This document shows, piece after piece, positions 1-12,781 of a stretch of 64,000 bases of DNA. The notes beneath the pieces were generated by a model, which saw nothing but the letters and a program-made list of their open reading frames with translations, ran no database searches and had not been told where the DNA came from. This DNA is from the human T2T-CHM13v2.0 reference genome, Homo sapiens: the NCBI RefSeq assembly GCF_009914755.1, contig NC_060925.1; one strand, given 5' to 3'. How positions within the stretch are numbered: the first letter of the stretch is position 1; every line of letters begins with the position of its first letter. A program made the position numbers and the translations under genes.

Positions 1-78
1 ATCGAATAGAATTATGGAATGAAATCCAGTGTGATCATCATCGAATGGACCCGAATGGAATCATCATCCAACGGAAGC

Positions 79-89
79 TAATGGAATCA
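79..89 (+). promoter_or_regulatory. Candidate DUX4-type double-homeodomain site TAATGGAATCA (representative; also 922-932 and repeated in most units)
   Basis: The sequence matches the TAAYBBAATCA consensus, and DUX4 is known to bind and activate HSATII. Occupancy of these particular copies is inference. Confidence 0.5.
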
Positions 90-142
90 ACATCGAATGA
101 ATCGAATGGAAACACCATCGAATTGAAACGAATGGAATTATC

Positions 143-1918
143 ATGAAATTGAAATGGATGGACTCATCATCGAATGGATTCGAATGGAATCATCGAATAA
201 AATTGATTGAAATCATCATCCAATGCAATCGAATGGTATCATTGAATGGAATCGAATGGAATCATCATCAGATGGAAATGAATGGAATCGTCATAGAATG
301 GAATCGAATGGATTCATTGAATGGAATCAGATGAAATCATCGAATGGACTGGAATGGAATCATTGAATGGACTCGAAAGGGATCATTATTGAATGGAATT
401 GAATGGAATCATCGAATGGTCTCGATTGGAATCATTATCAAATGGAATCGAATGGAATCACCGAATAGAATCGAATGGAACAATCATCGAATGGACTCAA
501 ATGGAATTATCCTCCAATGGAATGGAATGGAATTATCGAATGCAATCGAATGGAATTATCGAATGCAATCGAATAGAATCATCGAATGGACTCGAATGGA
601 ATCATCGAATGGAATGGAATGGAACAGTCAATGAACTCGAATGGAATCATCATTGAATGGAATCGAATGGAATCATCGAGTGGAATCGAATGGAATTATG
701 ATCAAATGGAATCGAATGTAATCATCATCAAATGGAATCAAAAATAACCATCATCAATTGGTATTGAATGGAATTGTCATCAAATGGAATTCAAAGGAAT
801 CATCATCAAATGGAACCGAATGGAATCCTCATTGAATGGAAATGAAAGGGGTCATCATCTAATGGAATCGCATGGAATCATCATCAAATGGAATCGAATG
901 GAATCACCATCAAATGGAATCTAATGGAATCATTGAACAGAATTGAATGGAATCGTCATCGAATGAATTGAATGCAATCATCGAATGGTCTCGAATGGAT
1001 TCATCTTCTAATGGAAAGGAATGGAATCATCGCATAGAATCGAATGGAATTATCATCGAATGGAATCGAATGGTATCAACACCAAACGGAAAAAAACGGA
1101 ATTATCGAATGGAATCGAAGAGAATCTTCGAACGGACCCGAATGGAATCATCTAATGGAATGGAATGGAATAATCCATGGACTCGAATGCAATCATCATC
1201 GAATGGAATCGAATGGAATCATCGAATGGACTCGAATGGAATAATCATTGAACGGAATCGATTGGAATCATCATCGGATGGAAACGAATGGAATCATCAT
1301 CGAATGGAAATGAAAGGAGTCATCATCTAATGGAATTGCATGGAATCATCATAAAATGGAATCGAATGGAATCAACATCAAATGGAATCAAATGGAATCA
1401 TTGAACGGAATTGAATGGAATCGTCATCGAATGAATTGACTGCAATCATCCAATGGTCTCGAATGGAATCATCTTCAAATGGAATGGAATGGAATCATCG
1501 CATAGAATCGAATGGAATTATCATCGAATGGAATCGAATGGAATCAACATCCAACGGAAAAAAACGGAATTATCGAATGGAATCGAAGAGAATCATCGAA
1601 TGGACCCGAATGGAATCATGTAATGGAATGGAATGGAATAATCCATGGACTCGAATGCAATCATCATCGAATGGAATCGAATGGAATCATCGAATGGACT
1701 CGAATGGAATAATCATTGAACGGAATCGAATGGAATCATCATCGGATGGAAATGAATGGAATCATCATCGAATGGAATCGAATAGAATTATGGAATGAAA
1801 TCCAGTGTGATCATCATCGAATGGACCCGAATGGAATCATCATCCAACGGAAGCTAATGGAATCAACATCGAATGAATCAAATGGAAACACCATCGAATT
1901 GAAACGAATGGAATTATC
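143..1918 (+). repeat. Representative 1,776-bp repeat unit (1.77-kb HSat2 family, most likely chr1q12 D1Z1/HSat2A-type)
   Basis: The anchor ATGAAATTGAAA recurs at 143, 1919, 3695, 5471 and onward; 26 of 35 spacings are 1775-1776 bp. There is one GAATTC per canonical unit (787, 2563). The periodicity is seen directly; the chromosome assignment rests on the known 1.77-kb EcoRI satellite of 1q12. Confidence 0.9.
842..1777 (+). repeat. Internal tandem pair of 468-bp modules within each unit (module 1 ~842-1309, module 2 ~1310-1777)
   Basis: Landmarks recur at +468: ATGAAAGG(G/A)GTC, GGAATCGTCATCGAATGAATTG (ORF starts 947/1415), CGGAAAAAAACGG and CCATGG. Module-1/module-2 diagnostic alleles are AACAGA/AACGGA, TCTAATGGAAAGG/TCAAATGGAATGG, GGTATCAACACC/GGAATCAACATC, TCTTCGAACGG/TCATCGAATGG and GGAAACG/GGAAATG. 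Confidence 0.95.
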
Positions 1919-4900
1919 ATGAAATTGAAATGGATGGACTCATCATCGAATGGATTCGAATGGAATCATCGAATAAAATTGATTGAAATCATCATCGAAT
2001 GGAATCGAATGGTATCATTGAATGGAATCGAATGGAATCATCATCAGATGGAAATGAATGGAATCGTCATAGAATGGAATCGAATGGATTCATTGAATGG
2101 AATCAGATGGAATCATCGAATGGACTGGAAAGGAATCATTGAATGGACTCGAAAGGGATCATTATTGAATGGAATTGAATGGAATCATCGAATGGTCTCG
2201 ATTGGAATCATTATCAAATGGAATCGAATGGAATCACCGAATAGAATCGAATGGAACAATCATCGAATGGACTCAAATGGAATTATCCTCAAATGGAATC
2301 GAATGGAATTATCGAATGCAATCGAATGGAATTATCGAATGCAATCGAATAGAATCATCGAATGGACTCGAATGGAATCATCGAATGGAATGGAATGGAA
2401 CAGTCAATGAACTCGAATGGAATCATCATTGAATGGAATCGAATGGAATCATCGAGTGGAATCGAATGGAATTATGATCAAATGGAATCGAATGTAATCA
2501 TCATCAAATGGAATCAAAAATAACCATCATCAATTGGTATTGAATGGAATTGTCATCAAATGGAATTCAAAGGAATCATCATCAAATGGAACCGAATGGA
2601 ATCCTCATTGAATGGAAATGAAAGGGGTCATCATCTAATGGAATCGCATGGAATCATCATAAAATGGAATCGAATGAAATCAACATCAAATGGAATCAAA
2701 TGGAATCATTGAACGGAATTGAATGGAATCGTCATCGAATGAATTGGATGCAATCATCGAATGGTCTCGAATGGAATCTTCTTCAAATGGAATGGAATGG
2801 AATCATCGCATAGAATCGAATGGAATTATCATCGAATGGAATCGAATGGAATCAACATCAAACGGAAAAAAACGGAATTATCGAATGGAATCGAAGAGAA
2901 TCATCGAATGGACCCGAATGGAATCATCTAATGGAATGGAATGGAATAATCCATGGACTCGAATGCAATCATCATCGAATGGAATCGAATGGAATCATCG
3001 AATGGACTCGAATGGAATAATCATTGAACGGAATCGATTGGAATCATCATCGGATGGAAACGAATGGAATCATCATCGAATGGAAATGAAAGGAGTCATC
3101 ATCTAATGGAATTGCATGGAATCATCATAAAATGGAATCGAATGGAATCAACATCAAATGGAATCAAATGGAATCATTGAACGGAATTGAATGGAATCGT
3201 CATCGAATGAATTGACTGCAATCATCGAATGGTCTCGAATGGAATCATCTTCAAATGGAATGGAATGGAATCATCGCATAGAATCGAATGGAATTATCAT
3301 CGAATGGAATCGAATGGAATCAACATCCAACGGAAAAAAACGGAATTATCGAATGGAATCGAAGAGAATCATCGAATGGACCCGAATGGAATCATCTAAT
3401 GGAATGGAATGGAATAATCCGTGGACTCGAATGCAATCATCATCGAATGGAATCGAATGGAATCATCGAATGGACTCGAATGGAATAATCATTGAACGGA
3501 ATAGAATGGAATCATCATCGGATGGAAATGAATGGAATCATCATCGAATGGAATCGAATACAATTATGGAATGAAATCCAGTGTGATCATCATCGAATGG
3601 ACCCGAATGGAATCATCATCCAACGGAAGCTAATGGAATCAACATCGAATGAATCAAATGGAAACACCATCGAATTGAAACGAATGGAATTATCATGAAA
3701 TTGAAATGGATGGACTCATCATCGAATGGATTCGAAAGGAATCATCGAATAAAATTGATTGAAATCATCATCGAATGGAATCGAATGGTATCATTGAATG
3801 GAATCGAATGGAATCATCATCAGATGGAAATGAATGGAATCGTCATAGAATGGAATCGAATGGATTCATTGAATGGAATCAGATGGAATCATCGAATGGA
3901 CTGGAATGGAATCATTGAATGGACTCGAAAGGGATCATGATTGAATGGAATTGAATGGAATCATCGAATGGTCTCGATTGGAATCATTATCAAATGGAAT
4001 CGAATGGAATCACCGAATAGAATCGAATGGAACAATCATCGAATGGACTCAAATGGAATTATCCTCAAATGGAATCGAATGGAATTATCGAATGCAATCG
4101 AATGGAATTATCGAATGCAATCGAATAGAATGATCGAATGGACTCGAATGGAATCATTGAATGGAATGGAATGGAACAGTCAATGAACTCGAATGGAATC
4201 ATCATTGAATGGAATCGAATGGAATCATCGAGTGGAATCGAAAGGAATTATGATCAAATGGAATCGAATGTAATCATCATCAAATGGAATCAAAAATAAC
4301 CATCATCAATTGCTATTGAATGGAATTGTCATCAAATGGAATTCAAAGGAATCATCATCAAATGGAACCGAATGGAATCCTCATTGAATGGAAATGAAAG
4401 GGGTCATCATCTAATGGAATCGCATGGAATCATCATCAAATGGAATCGAATGGAATCATCATCAAATGGAATCTAATGGAATCATTGAACAGAATTGAAT
4501 GGAATCGTCATCGAATGAATTGAATGCAATCATCGAATGGTCTCGAATGGAATCATCTTCTAATGGAAAGGAATGGAATCATCGCATAGAATCGAATTGA
4601 ATTATCATCGAATGGAATCGAATGGTATCAACACCAAACGGAAAAAAACGGAATTATCGAATGGAATCGAAGAGAATCTTCGAACGGACCCGAATGGAAT
4701 CATCTAATGGAATGGAATGGAATAATCCATGGACTCGAATGCAATCATCAACGAATGGAAACGAAGGGAATCATCGAATGGACTCGAATGGAATAATCAT
4801 TGAACGGAATCGAATGGAATCATCATCGGATGGAAACGAATGGAATCATCATCGAATGGAAATGAAAGGAGTCATCATCTAATGGAATTGCATGGAATCA

Positions 4901-5470
4901 TCATCAAATGGAATCGAATGGAATCAACATCAAATGGAATCAAATGGAATCATTGAACGGAATTGAATGGAATCGTCATCGAATGAATTGACTGCAATCA
5001 TCGAATGGTCTCGAATGGAATCATCTTCAAATGGAATGGAATGGAATCATCGCATAGAATCGAATGGAATTATCATCGAATGGAATCGAATGGAATCAAC
5101 ATCCAACGGAAAAAAACGGAATTATCGAATGGAATCGAAGAGAATCATCGAATGGACCCGAATGGAATCATCTAATGGAATGGAATGGAATAATCCATGG
5201 ACTCGAATGCAATCATCATCGAATGGAATCGAATGGAATCATCGAATGGACTCGAATGGAATAATCATTGAACGGAATCGAATGGAATCATCATCGGATG
5301 GAAATGAATGGAATCATCATCGAATGGAATCGAATAGAATTATGGAATGAAATCCAGTGTGATCATCATCGAATGGACCCGAATGGAATCATCATCCAAC
5401 GGAAGCTAATGGAATCAACATCGAATGAATCGAATGGAAACACCATCGAATTGAAACGAATGGAATTATC

Positions 5471-7453
5471 ATGAAATTGAAATGGATGGACTCATCATCG
5501 AATGGATTCGAATGGAATCATCGAATAAAATTGATTGAAATCATCATCGAATGGAATCGAATGGTATCATTGAATGGAATCGAATGGAATCATCATCAGA
5601 TGGAAATGAATGGAATCGTCATAGAATGGAATCGAATGGATTCATTGAATGGAATCAGATGGAATCATCGAATGGACTGGAATGGAATCATTGAATGGAC
5701 TCGAAAGGGATCATGATTGAATGGAATTGAATGGAATCATCGAATGGTCTCGATTGGAATCATTATCAAATGGAATCGAATGGAATCACCGAATAGAATC
5801 GAATGGAAAAATCATCGAATGGACTCAAATGGAATTATCCTCAAATGGAATCGAATGGAATTATCGAATGCAATCGAATGGAATTATCGAATGCAATCGA
5901 ATAGAATCATCGAATGGACTCGAATGGAATCATCGAATGGAATGGAATGGAACAGTCAATGAACACGAATGGAATCATCATTGAATGGAATCGAATGGAA
6001 TCATCGAGTGGAATCGAATGGAATTATGATTAAATGGAATCGAATGTAATCATCATCAAATGGAATCAAAAATAACCATCATCAATTGCTATTGAATGGA
6101 ATTGTCATCAAATGGAATTCAAAGGAATCATCATCAAATGGAACCGAATGGAATCCTCATTGAATGGAAATGAAAGGGGTCATCATCTAATGGAATCGCA
6201 TGGAATCATCATCAAATGGAATCGAATGGAATCATCATCAAATGGAATCTAATGGAATCATTGAACAGAATTGAATGGAATCGTCATCGAATGAATTGAA
6301 TGCAATCATCGAATGGTCTCGAATGGAATCATCTTCTAATGGAAAGGAATGGAATCATCGCATAGAATCGAATGGAATTATCATCGAATGGAATCGAATG
6401 GTATCAACACCAAACGGAAAAAAACGGAATTATCGAATGGAATCGAAGAGAATCTTCGAACGGACCCGAATGGAATCATCTAATGGAATGGAATGGAATA
6501 ATCCATGGAGTCGAATGCAATCATCATCGAATGGAATCGAATGGAATCATCGAATGGACTCGAATGGAATAATCATTGAACGGAATCGAATGGAATCATC
6601 ATCGGATGGAAACGAATGGAATCATCGAATGAACTCGAATGGAATCATCATTGAATGGAATCGAATGGAATCATCGAGTGGAATCGAATGGAATTATGAT
6701 CAAATGGAATCGAATCTAATCATCATCAAATGGAATCAAAAATAACCATCATCAATTGGTATTGAATGGAATTGTCATCAAATGGAATTCAAAGGAATCA
6801 TCATCAAATGGAACCGAATGGAATCCTCATTGAATGGAAATGAAAGGGGTCATCATCTAATGGAATCGCATGGAATCATCATCAAATGGAATCGAATGGA
6901 ATCATCATCAAATGGAATCTAATGGAATCATTGAACAGAATTGAATGGAATCGTCATCGAAAGAATTGAATGCAATCATCGAATGGTCTCGAATAGAATC
7001 ATCTTCTAATGGAAAGGAATGGAATCATCGCATAGAATCGAATGGAACTATCATCGAATGGAATCGAATGGTATCAACACCAAACGGAAAAAAACGGAAT
7101 TATCGAATGGAATCGAAGAGAATCTTCGAACGGACCCGAATGGAATCATCTAATGGAATGGAATGGAATGGAATAATCCATGGACACGAATGCAATCATC
7201 ATCGAATGGAATCAAATGGAATCATCGAATGGACTCGAATGGAATAATCATTGAACGGAATCGAATGGAATCATCATCGGATGGAAATGAATGGAATCAT
7301 CATCGAATGGAATCGAATAGAATTATGGAATGAAATCCAGTGTGATCATCATCGAATGGACCCGAATGGAATCATCATCCAACGGAAGCTAATGGAATCA
7401 ACATCGAATGAATCGAATGGAAACACCATCGAATTGAAACGAATGGAATTATC
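5471..7453 (+). repeat. 1,983-bp variant unit (D)
   Basis: 1776+670 (duplication, ORF starts 6275/6945)+5 (extra GGAAT near 7160)-468 = 1983. The junction AACGAATGGAATCATCGAATGAACTCG lies at ~6611-6637. Confidence 0.9.
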
Positions 7454-10400
7454 ATGAAATTGAAATGGATGGACTCATCATCGGATGGATTCGAATGGAA
7501 TCATCGAATAAAATTGATTGAAATCATCATCCAATGGAATCGAATGGTATCATTGAATGGAATCGAATGGAATCATCATCAGATGGAAATGAATGGAATC
7601 GTCATAGAATGGAATCGAATGGATTCATTGAATGGAATCAGATGGAATCATCGAATGGACTGGAATGGAATCATTGAATGGACTCGAAAGGGATCATGAT
7701 TGAATGGAATTGAATGGAATCATCGAATGGTCTCGATTGGAATCATTATCAAATGGAATCGAATGGAATCACCGAATAGAATCGAATGGAACAATCATCG
7801 AATGGACTCAAATGGAATTATCCTCAAATGGAATCGAATGGAATTATCGAATGCAATCGAATGGAATTATCGAATGCAATCGAATAGAATCATCGAATGG
7901 ACTCGAATGGAATCATCGAATGGAATGGAATGGAACAGTCAATGAACTCGAATGGAATCATCATTGAATGGAATCGAATGGAATCATCGAGTGGAATCGA
8001 ATGGAATTATGATCAAATGCAATCGAATGTAATCCTCATCAAATGGAATCAAAAATAGCCATCATCAATTGGTATTGAATGGAATTGTCATCAAATGGAA
8101 TTCAAAGGAATCATCATCAAATGGAACCGAATGGAATCCTCATTGAATGGAAATGAAAGGGGTCATCATCTAATGGAATCGCATGGAATCATCATCAAAT
8201 GGAATCGAATGGAATCATCATCAAATGGAATCTAATGGAATCATTGAACAGAATTGAATGGAATCGTCATCGAATGAATTGAATGCAATCATCGAATGGT
8301 CTCGAATGGAATCATCTTCTAATGGAAAGGAATGGAATCATCGCATAGAATCGAATGGAATTATCATCGAATGGAATCGAATGGTATCAACACCAAACGG
8401 AAAAAAACGGAATTATCGAATGGAATCGAAGAGAACCTTCGAACGGACCCGAATGGAATCATCTAATGGAATGGAATGGAATAATCCATGGACTCGAATG
8501 CAATCATCATCGAATGGAATCGAATGAAATCATCGAATGGACTCGAATGGAATAATCATTGAACGGAATCGAATGGAATCATCATCGGATGGAAACGAAT
8601 GGAATCATCATCGAATGGAAATGAAAGGTGTCATCATCTAATGGAATTGCATGGAATCATCATAAAATGGAATCGAATGGAATCAACATCAAATGGAATC
8701 AAATGGAATCATTGAACGGAATTGAATGGAATCGTCATCGAATGAATTGACTACAATCACCGAATGGTCTCGAATGGAATCATCTTCAAATGGAATGGAA
8801 TGGAATCATCGCATAGAATCGAATGGAATTATCATCGAATGGAATCGAATGGAATCAACATCAAACGGAAAAAAAAAGAATTATCGTATGGAATCGAAGA
8901 GAATCATCGAATGGACCCGAATGGAATCATCTAATGGAATGGAATGGAATAATCCATGGACTCGAATGCAATCATCATCGAATGGAATCGAATGGAATCA
9001 TCGAATGGACTCGAATGGAATAATCATTGAACGGAATCGAATGGAATCATCATCGGATGGAAATGAATGGAATCATCATCGAATGGAATCGAATAGAATT
9101 ATGGAATGAAATCCAGTGTGATCATCATCGAATGGACCCGAATGGAATCATCATCCAACGGAAGCTAATGGAATCAACATCGAATGAATCGAATGGAAAC
9201 ACCATCGAATTGAAACGAATGGAATTATCATGAAATTGAAATGGATGGACTCATCATCGAATGGATTCGAATGGAATCATCGAATAAAATTGATTGAAAT
9301 CATCATCCAATGGAATCGAATGGTATCATTGAATGGAATCGAATGGAATCATCATCAGATGGAAATGAATGGAATCGTCATAGAATGGAATCGAATGGAT
9401 TCATTGACTGGAATCAGATGGAATCATCGAATGGACTGGAATGGAATCATTGAATGGACTCGAAAGGGATCATTATTGAATGGAATTGAATGGAATCATC
9501 GAATGGTCTCGATTGGAATCATTATCAAATGGAATCGAATGGAATCACCGAATAGAATCGAATGGAACAATCATCGAATGGACTCAAATGGAATTATCCT
9601 CCAATGGAATGGAATGGAATTATCGAATGCAATCGAATGGAATTATCGAATGCAATCGAATAGAATCATCGAATGGACTCGAATGGAATCATCGAATGGA
9701 ATGGAATGGAACAGTCAATGAACTCGAATGGAATCATCATTGAATGGAATCGAATGGAATCATCGAGTGGAATCGAATGGAATTATGATCAAATGGAATC
9801 GAATGTAATCATCATCAAATGGAATCAAAAATAACCATCATCAATTGGTATTGAATGGAATTGTCATCAAATGGAATTCAAAGGAATCATCATCAAATGG
9901 AACCGAATGGAATCCTCATTGAATGGAAATGAAAGGGGTCATCATCTAATGGAATCGCATGGAATCATCATCAAATGGAATCGAATGGAATCACCATCAA
10001 ATGGAATCTAATGGAATCATTGAACAGAATTGAATGGAATCGTCATCGAATGAATTGAATGCAATCATCGAATGGTCTCGAATGGATTCATCTTCTAATG
10101 GAAAGGAATGGAATCATCGCATAGAATCGAATGGAATTATCATCGAATGGAATCGAATGGTATCAACACCAAACGGAAAAAAACGGAATTATCGAATGGA
10201 ATCGAAGAGAATCTTCGAACGGACCCGAATGGAATCATCTAATGGAATGGAATGGAATAATCCATGGACTCGAATGCAATCATCATCGAATGGAATCGAA
10301 TGGAATCATCGAATGGACTCGAATGGAATAATCATTGAACGGAATCGATTGGAATCATCATCGGATGGAAACGAATGGAATCATCATCGAATGGAAATGA

Positions 10401-12781
10401 AAGGAGTCATCATCTAATGGAATTGCATGGAATCATCATAAAATGGAATCGAATGGAATCAACATCAAATGGAATCAAATGGAATCATTGAACGGAATTG
10501 AATGGAATCGTCATCGAATGAATTGACTGCAATCATCCAATGGTCTCGAATGGAATCATCTTCAAATGGAATGGAATGGAATCATCGCATAGAATCGAAT
10601 GGAATTATCATCGAATGGAATCGAATGGAATCAACATCCAACGGAAAAAAACGGAATTATCGAATGGAATCGAAGAGAATCATCGAATGGACCCGAATGG
10701 AATCATGTAATGGAATGGAATGGAATAATCCATGGACTCGAATGCAATCATCATCGAATGGAATCGAATGGAATCATCGAATGGACTCGAATGGAATAAT
10801 CATTGAACGGAATCGAATGGAATCATCATCGGATGGAAATGAATGGAATCATCATCGAATGGAATCGAATAGAATTATGGAATGAAATCCAGTGTGATCA
10901 TCATCGAATGGACCCGAATGGAATCATCATCCAACGGAAGCTAATGGAATCAACATCGAATGAATCGAATGGAAACACCATCGAATTGAAACGAATGGAA
11001 TTATCATGAAATTGAAATGGATGGACTCATCATCGAATGGATTCGAATGGAATCATGGAATAAAATTGATTGAAATCATCATCCAATGGAATCGAATGGT
11101 ATCATTGAATGGAATCGAATGGAATCATCATCAGATGGAAATGAATGGAATCGTCATAGAATGGAATCGAATGGATTCATTGAATGGAATCAGATGGAAT
11201 CATCGAATGGACTGGAATGGAATCATTGAATGGACTCGAAAGGGATCATGATTGAATGGAATTGAATGGAATCATCGAATGGTCTCGATTGGAATCATTA
11301 TCAAATGGAATCGAATGGAATCACCGAATAGAATCGAATGGAACAATCATCGAATGGACTCAAATGGAATTATCCTCCAATGGAATGGAATGGAATTATC
11401 GAATGCAATCGAATGGAATTATCGAATGCAATCGAATAGAATCATCGAATGGACTCGAATGGAATCATCGAATGGAATGGAATGGAACAGTCAATGAACT
11501 CGAATGGAATCATCATTGAATGGAATCGAATGGAATCATCGAGTGGAATCGAATGGAATTATGATCAAATGGAATCGAATGTAATCATCATCAAATGGAA
11601 TCAAAAATAACCATCATCAATTGGTATTGAATGGAATTGTCATCAAATGGAATTCAAAGGAATCATCATCAAATGGAACCGAATGGAATCCTCATTGAAT
11701 GGAAATGAAAGGGGTCATCATCTAATGGAATCGCATGGAATCATCATCAAATGGAATCGAATGGAATCATCATCAAATGGAATCTAATGGAATCATTGAA
11801 CAGAATTGAATGGAATCGTCATCGAATGAATTGAATGCAATCATCGAATGGTCTCGAATGGAATCATCTTCTAATGGAAAGGAATGGAATCATCGCATAG
11901 AATCGAATGGAATTATCATCGAATGGAATCGAATGGTATCAACACCAAACGGAAAAAAACGGAATTATCGAATGGAATCGAAGAGAATCTTCGAACGGAC
12001 CCGAATGGAATCATCTAATGGAATGGAATGGAATAATCCATGGACTCGAATGCAATCATCATCGAATGGAATCGAATGGAATCATCGAATGGACTCGAAT
12101 GGAATAATCATTGAACGGAATCGAATGGAATCATCATCGGATGGAAACGAATGGAATCATCATCGAATGGAAATGAAAGGAGTCATCATCTAATGGAATT
12201 GCATGGAATCATCATAAAATGGAATCGAATGGAATCAACATCAAATGGAATCAAATGGAATCATTGAACGGAATTGAATGGAATCGTCATCGAATGAATT
12301 GACTGCAATCATCCAATGGTCTCGAATGTAATCATCTTCAAATGGAATGGAATGGAATCATCGCATAGAATCGAATGGAATTATCATCGAATGGAATCGA
12401 ATGGAATCAACATCAAACGGAAAAAAACGGAATTATCGAATGGAATCGAAGAGAATCATCGAATGGACCCGAATGGAATCATCTAATGGAATGGAATGGA
12501 ATAATCCATGGACTCGAATGCAATCATCATCGAATGGAATCGAATGGAATCATCGAATGGACTCGAATGGAATAATCATTGAACGGAATCGAATGGAATC
12601 ATCATCGGATGGAAATGAATGGAATCATCATCGAATGGAATCGAATAGAATTATGGAATGAAATCCAGTGTGATCATCATCGAATGGACCCGAATGGAAT
12701 CATCATCCAACGGAAGCTAATGGAATCAACATCGAATGAATCAAATGGAAACACCATCGAATTGAAACGAATGGAATTATC

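Larger units (their letters stand above)
143..9229 (+). repeat. 9,087-bp five-unit higher-order repeat (A-B-C-D-E), copy 1
   Basis: The length is 4x1776+1983. Unit-specific variants: A (CACCATC, GGATTCATC, CATGTAA), B (GAATTGGATG, ATCTTCTTC, AATACAATT), C (CGAAAGG, AATGATCG, AACGAAGGG), D (GGAAAAATC, GAACACG, 1983 bp) and E (TCGGATGGATT, GAACCTTC, CTACAATCACC). An A-type unit resumes at 9230. Confidence 0.88.

Noticed and set aside
176-210. Heat-shock elements or poly(A) signal (TTCGAA, AATAAA once per unit)
   Set aside because: GAA units are almost all direct rather than alternating inverted repeats. A lone AATAAA in AT-rich satellite is not evidence of function.
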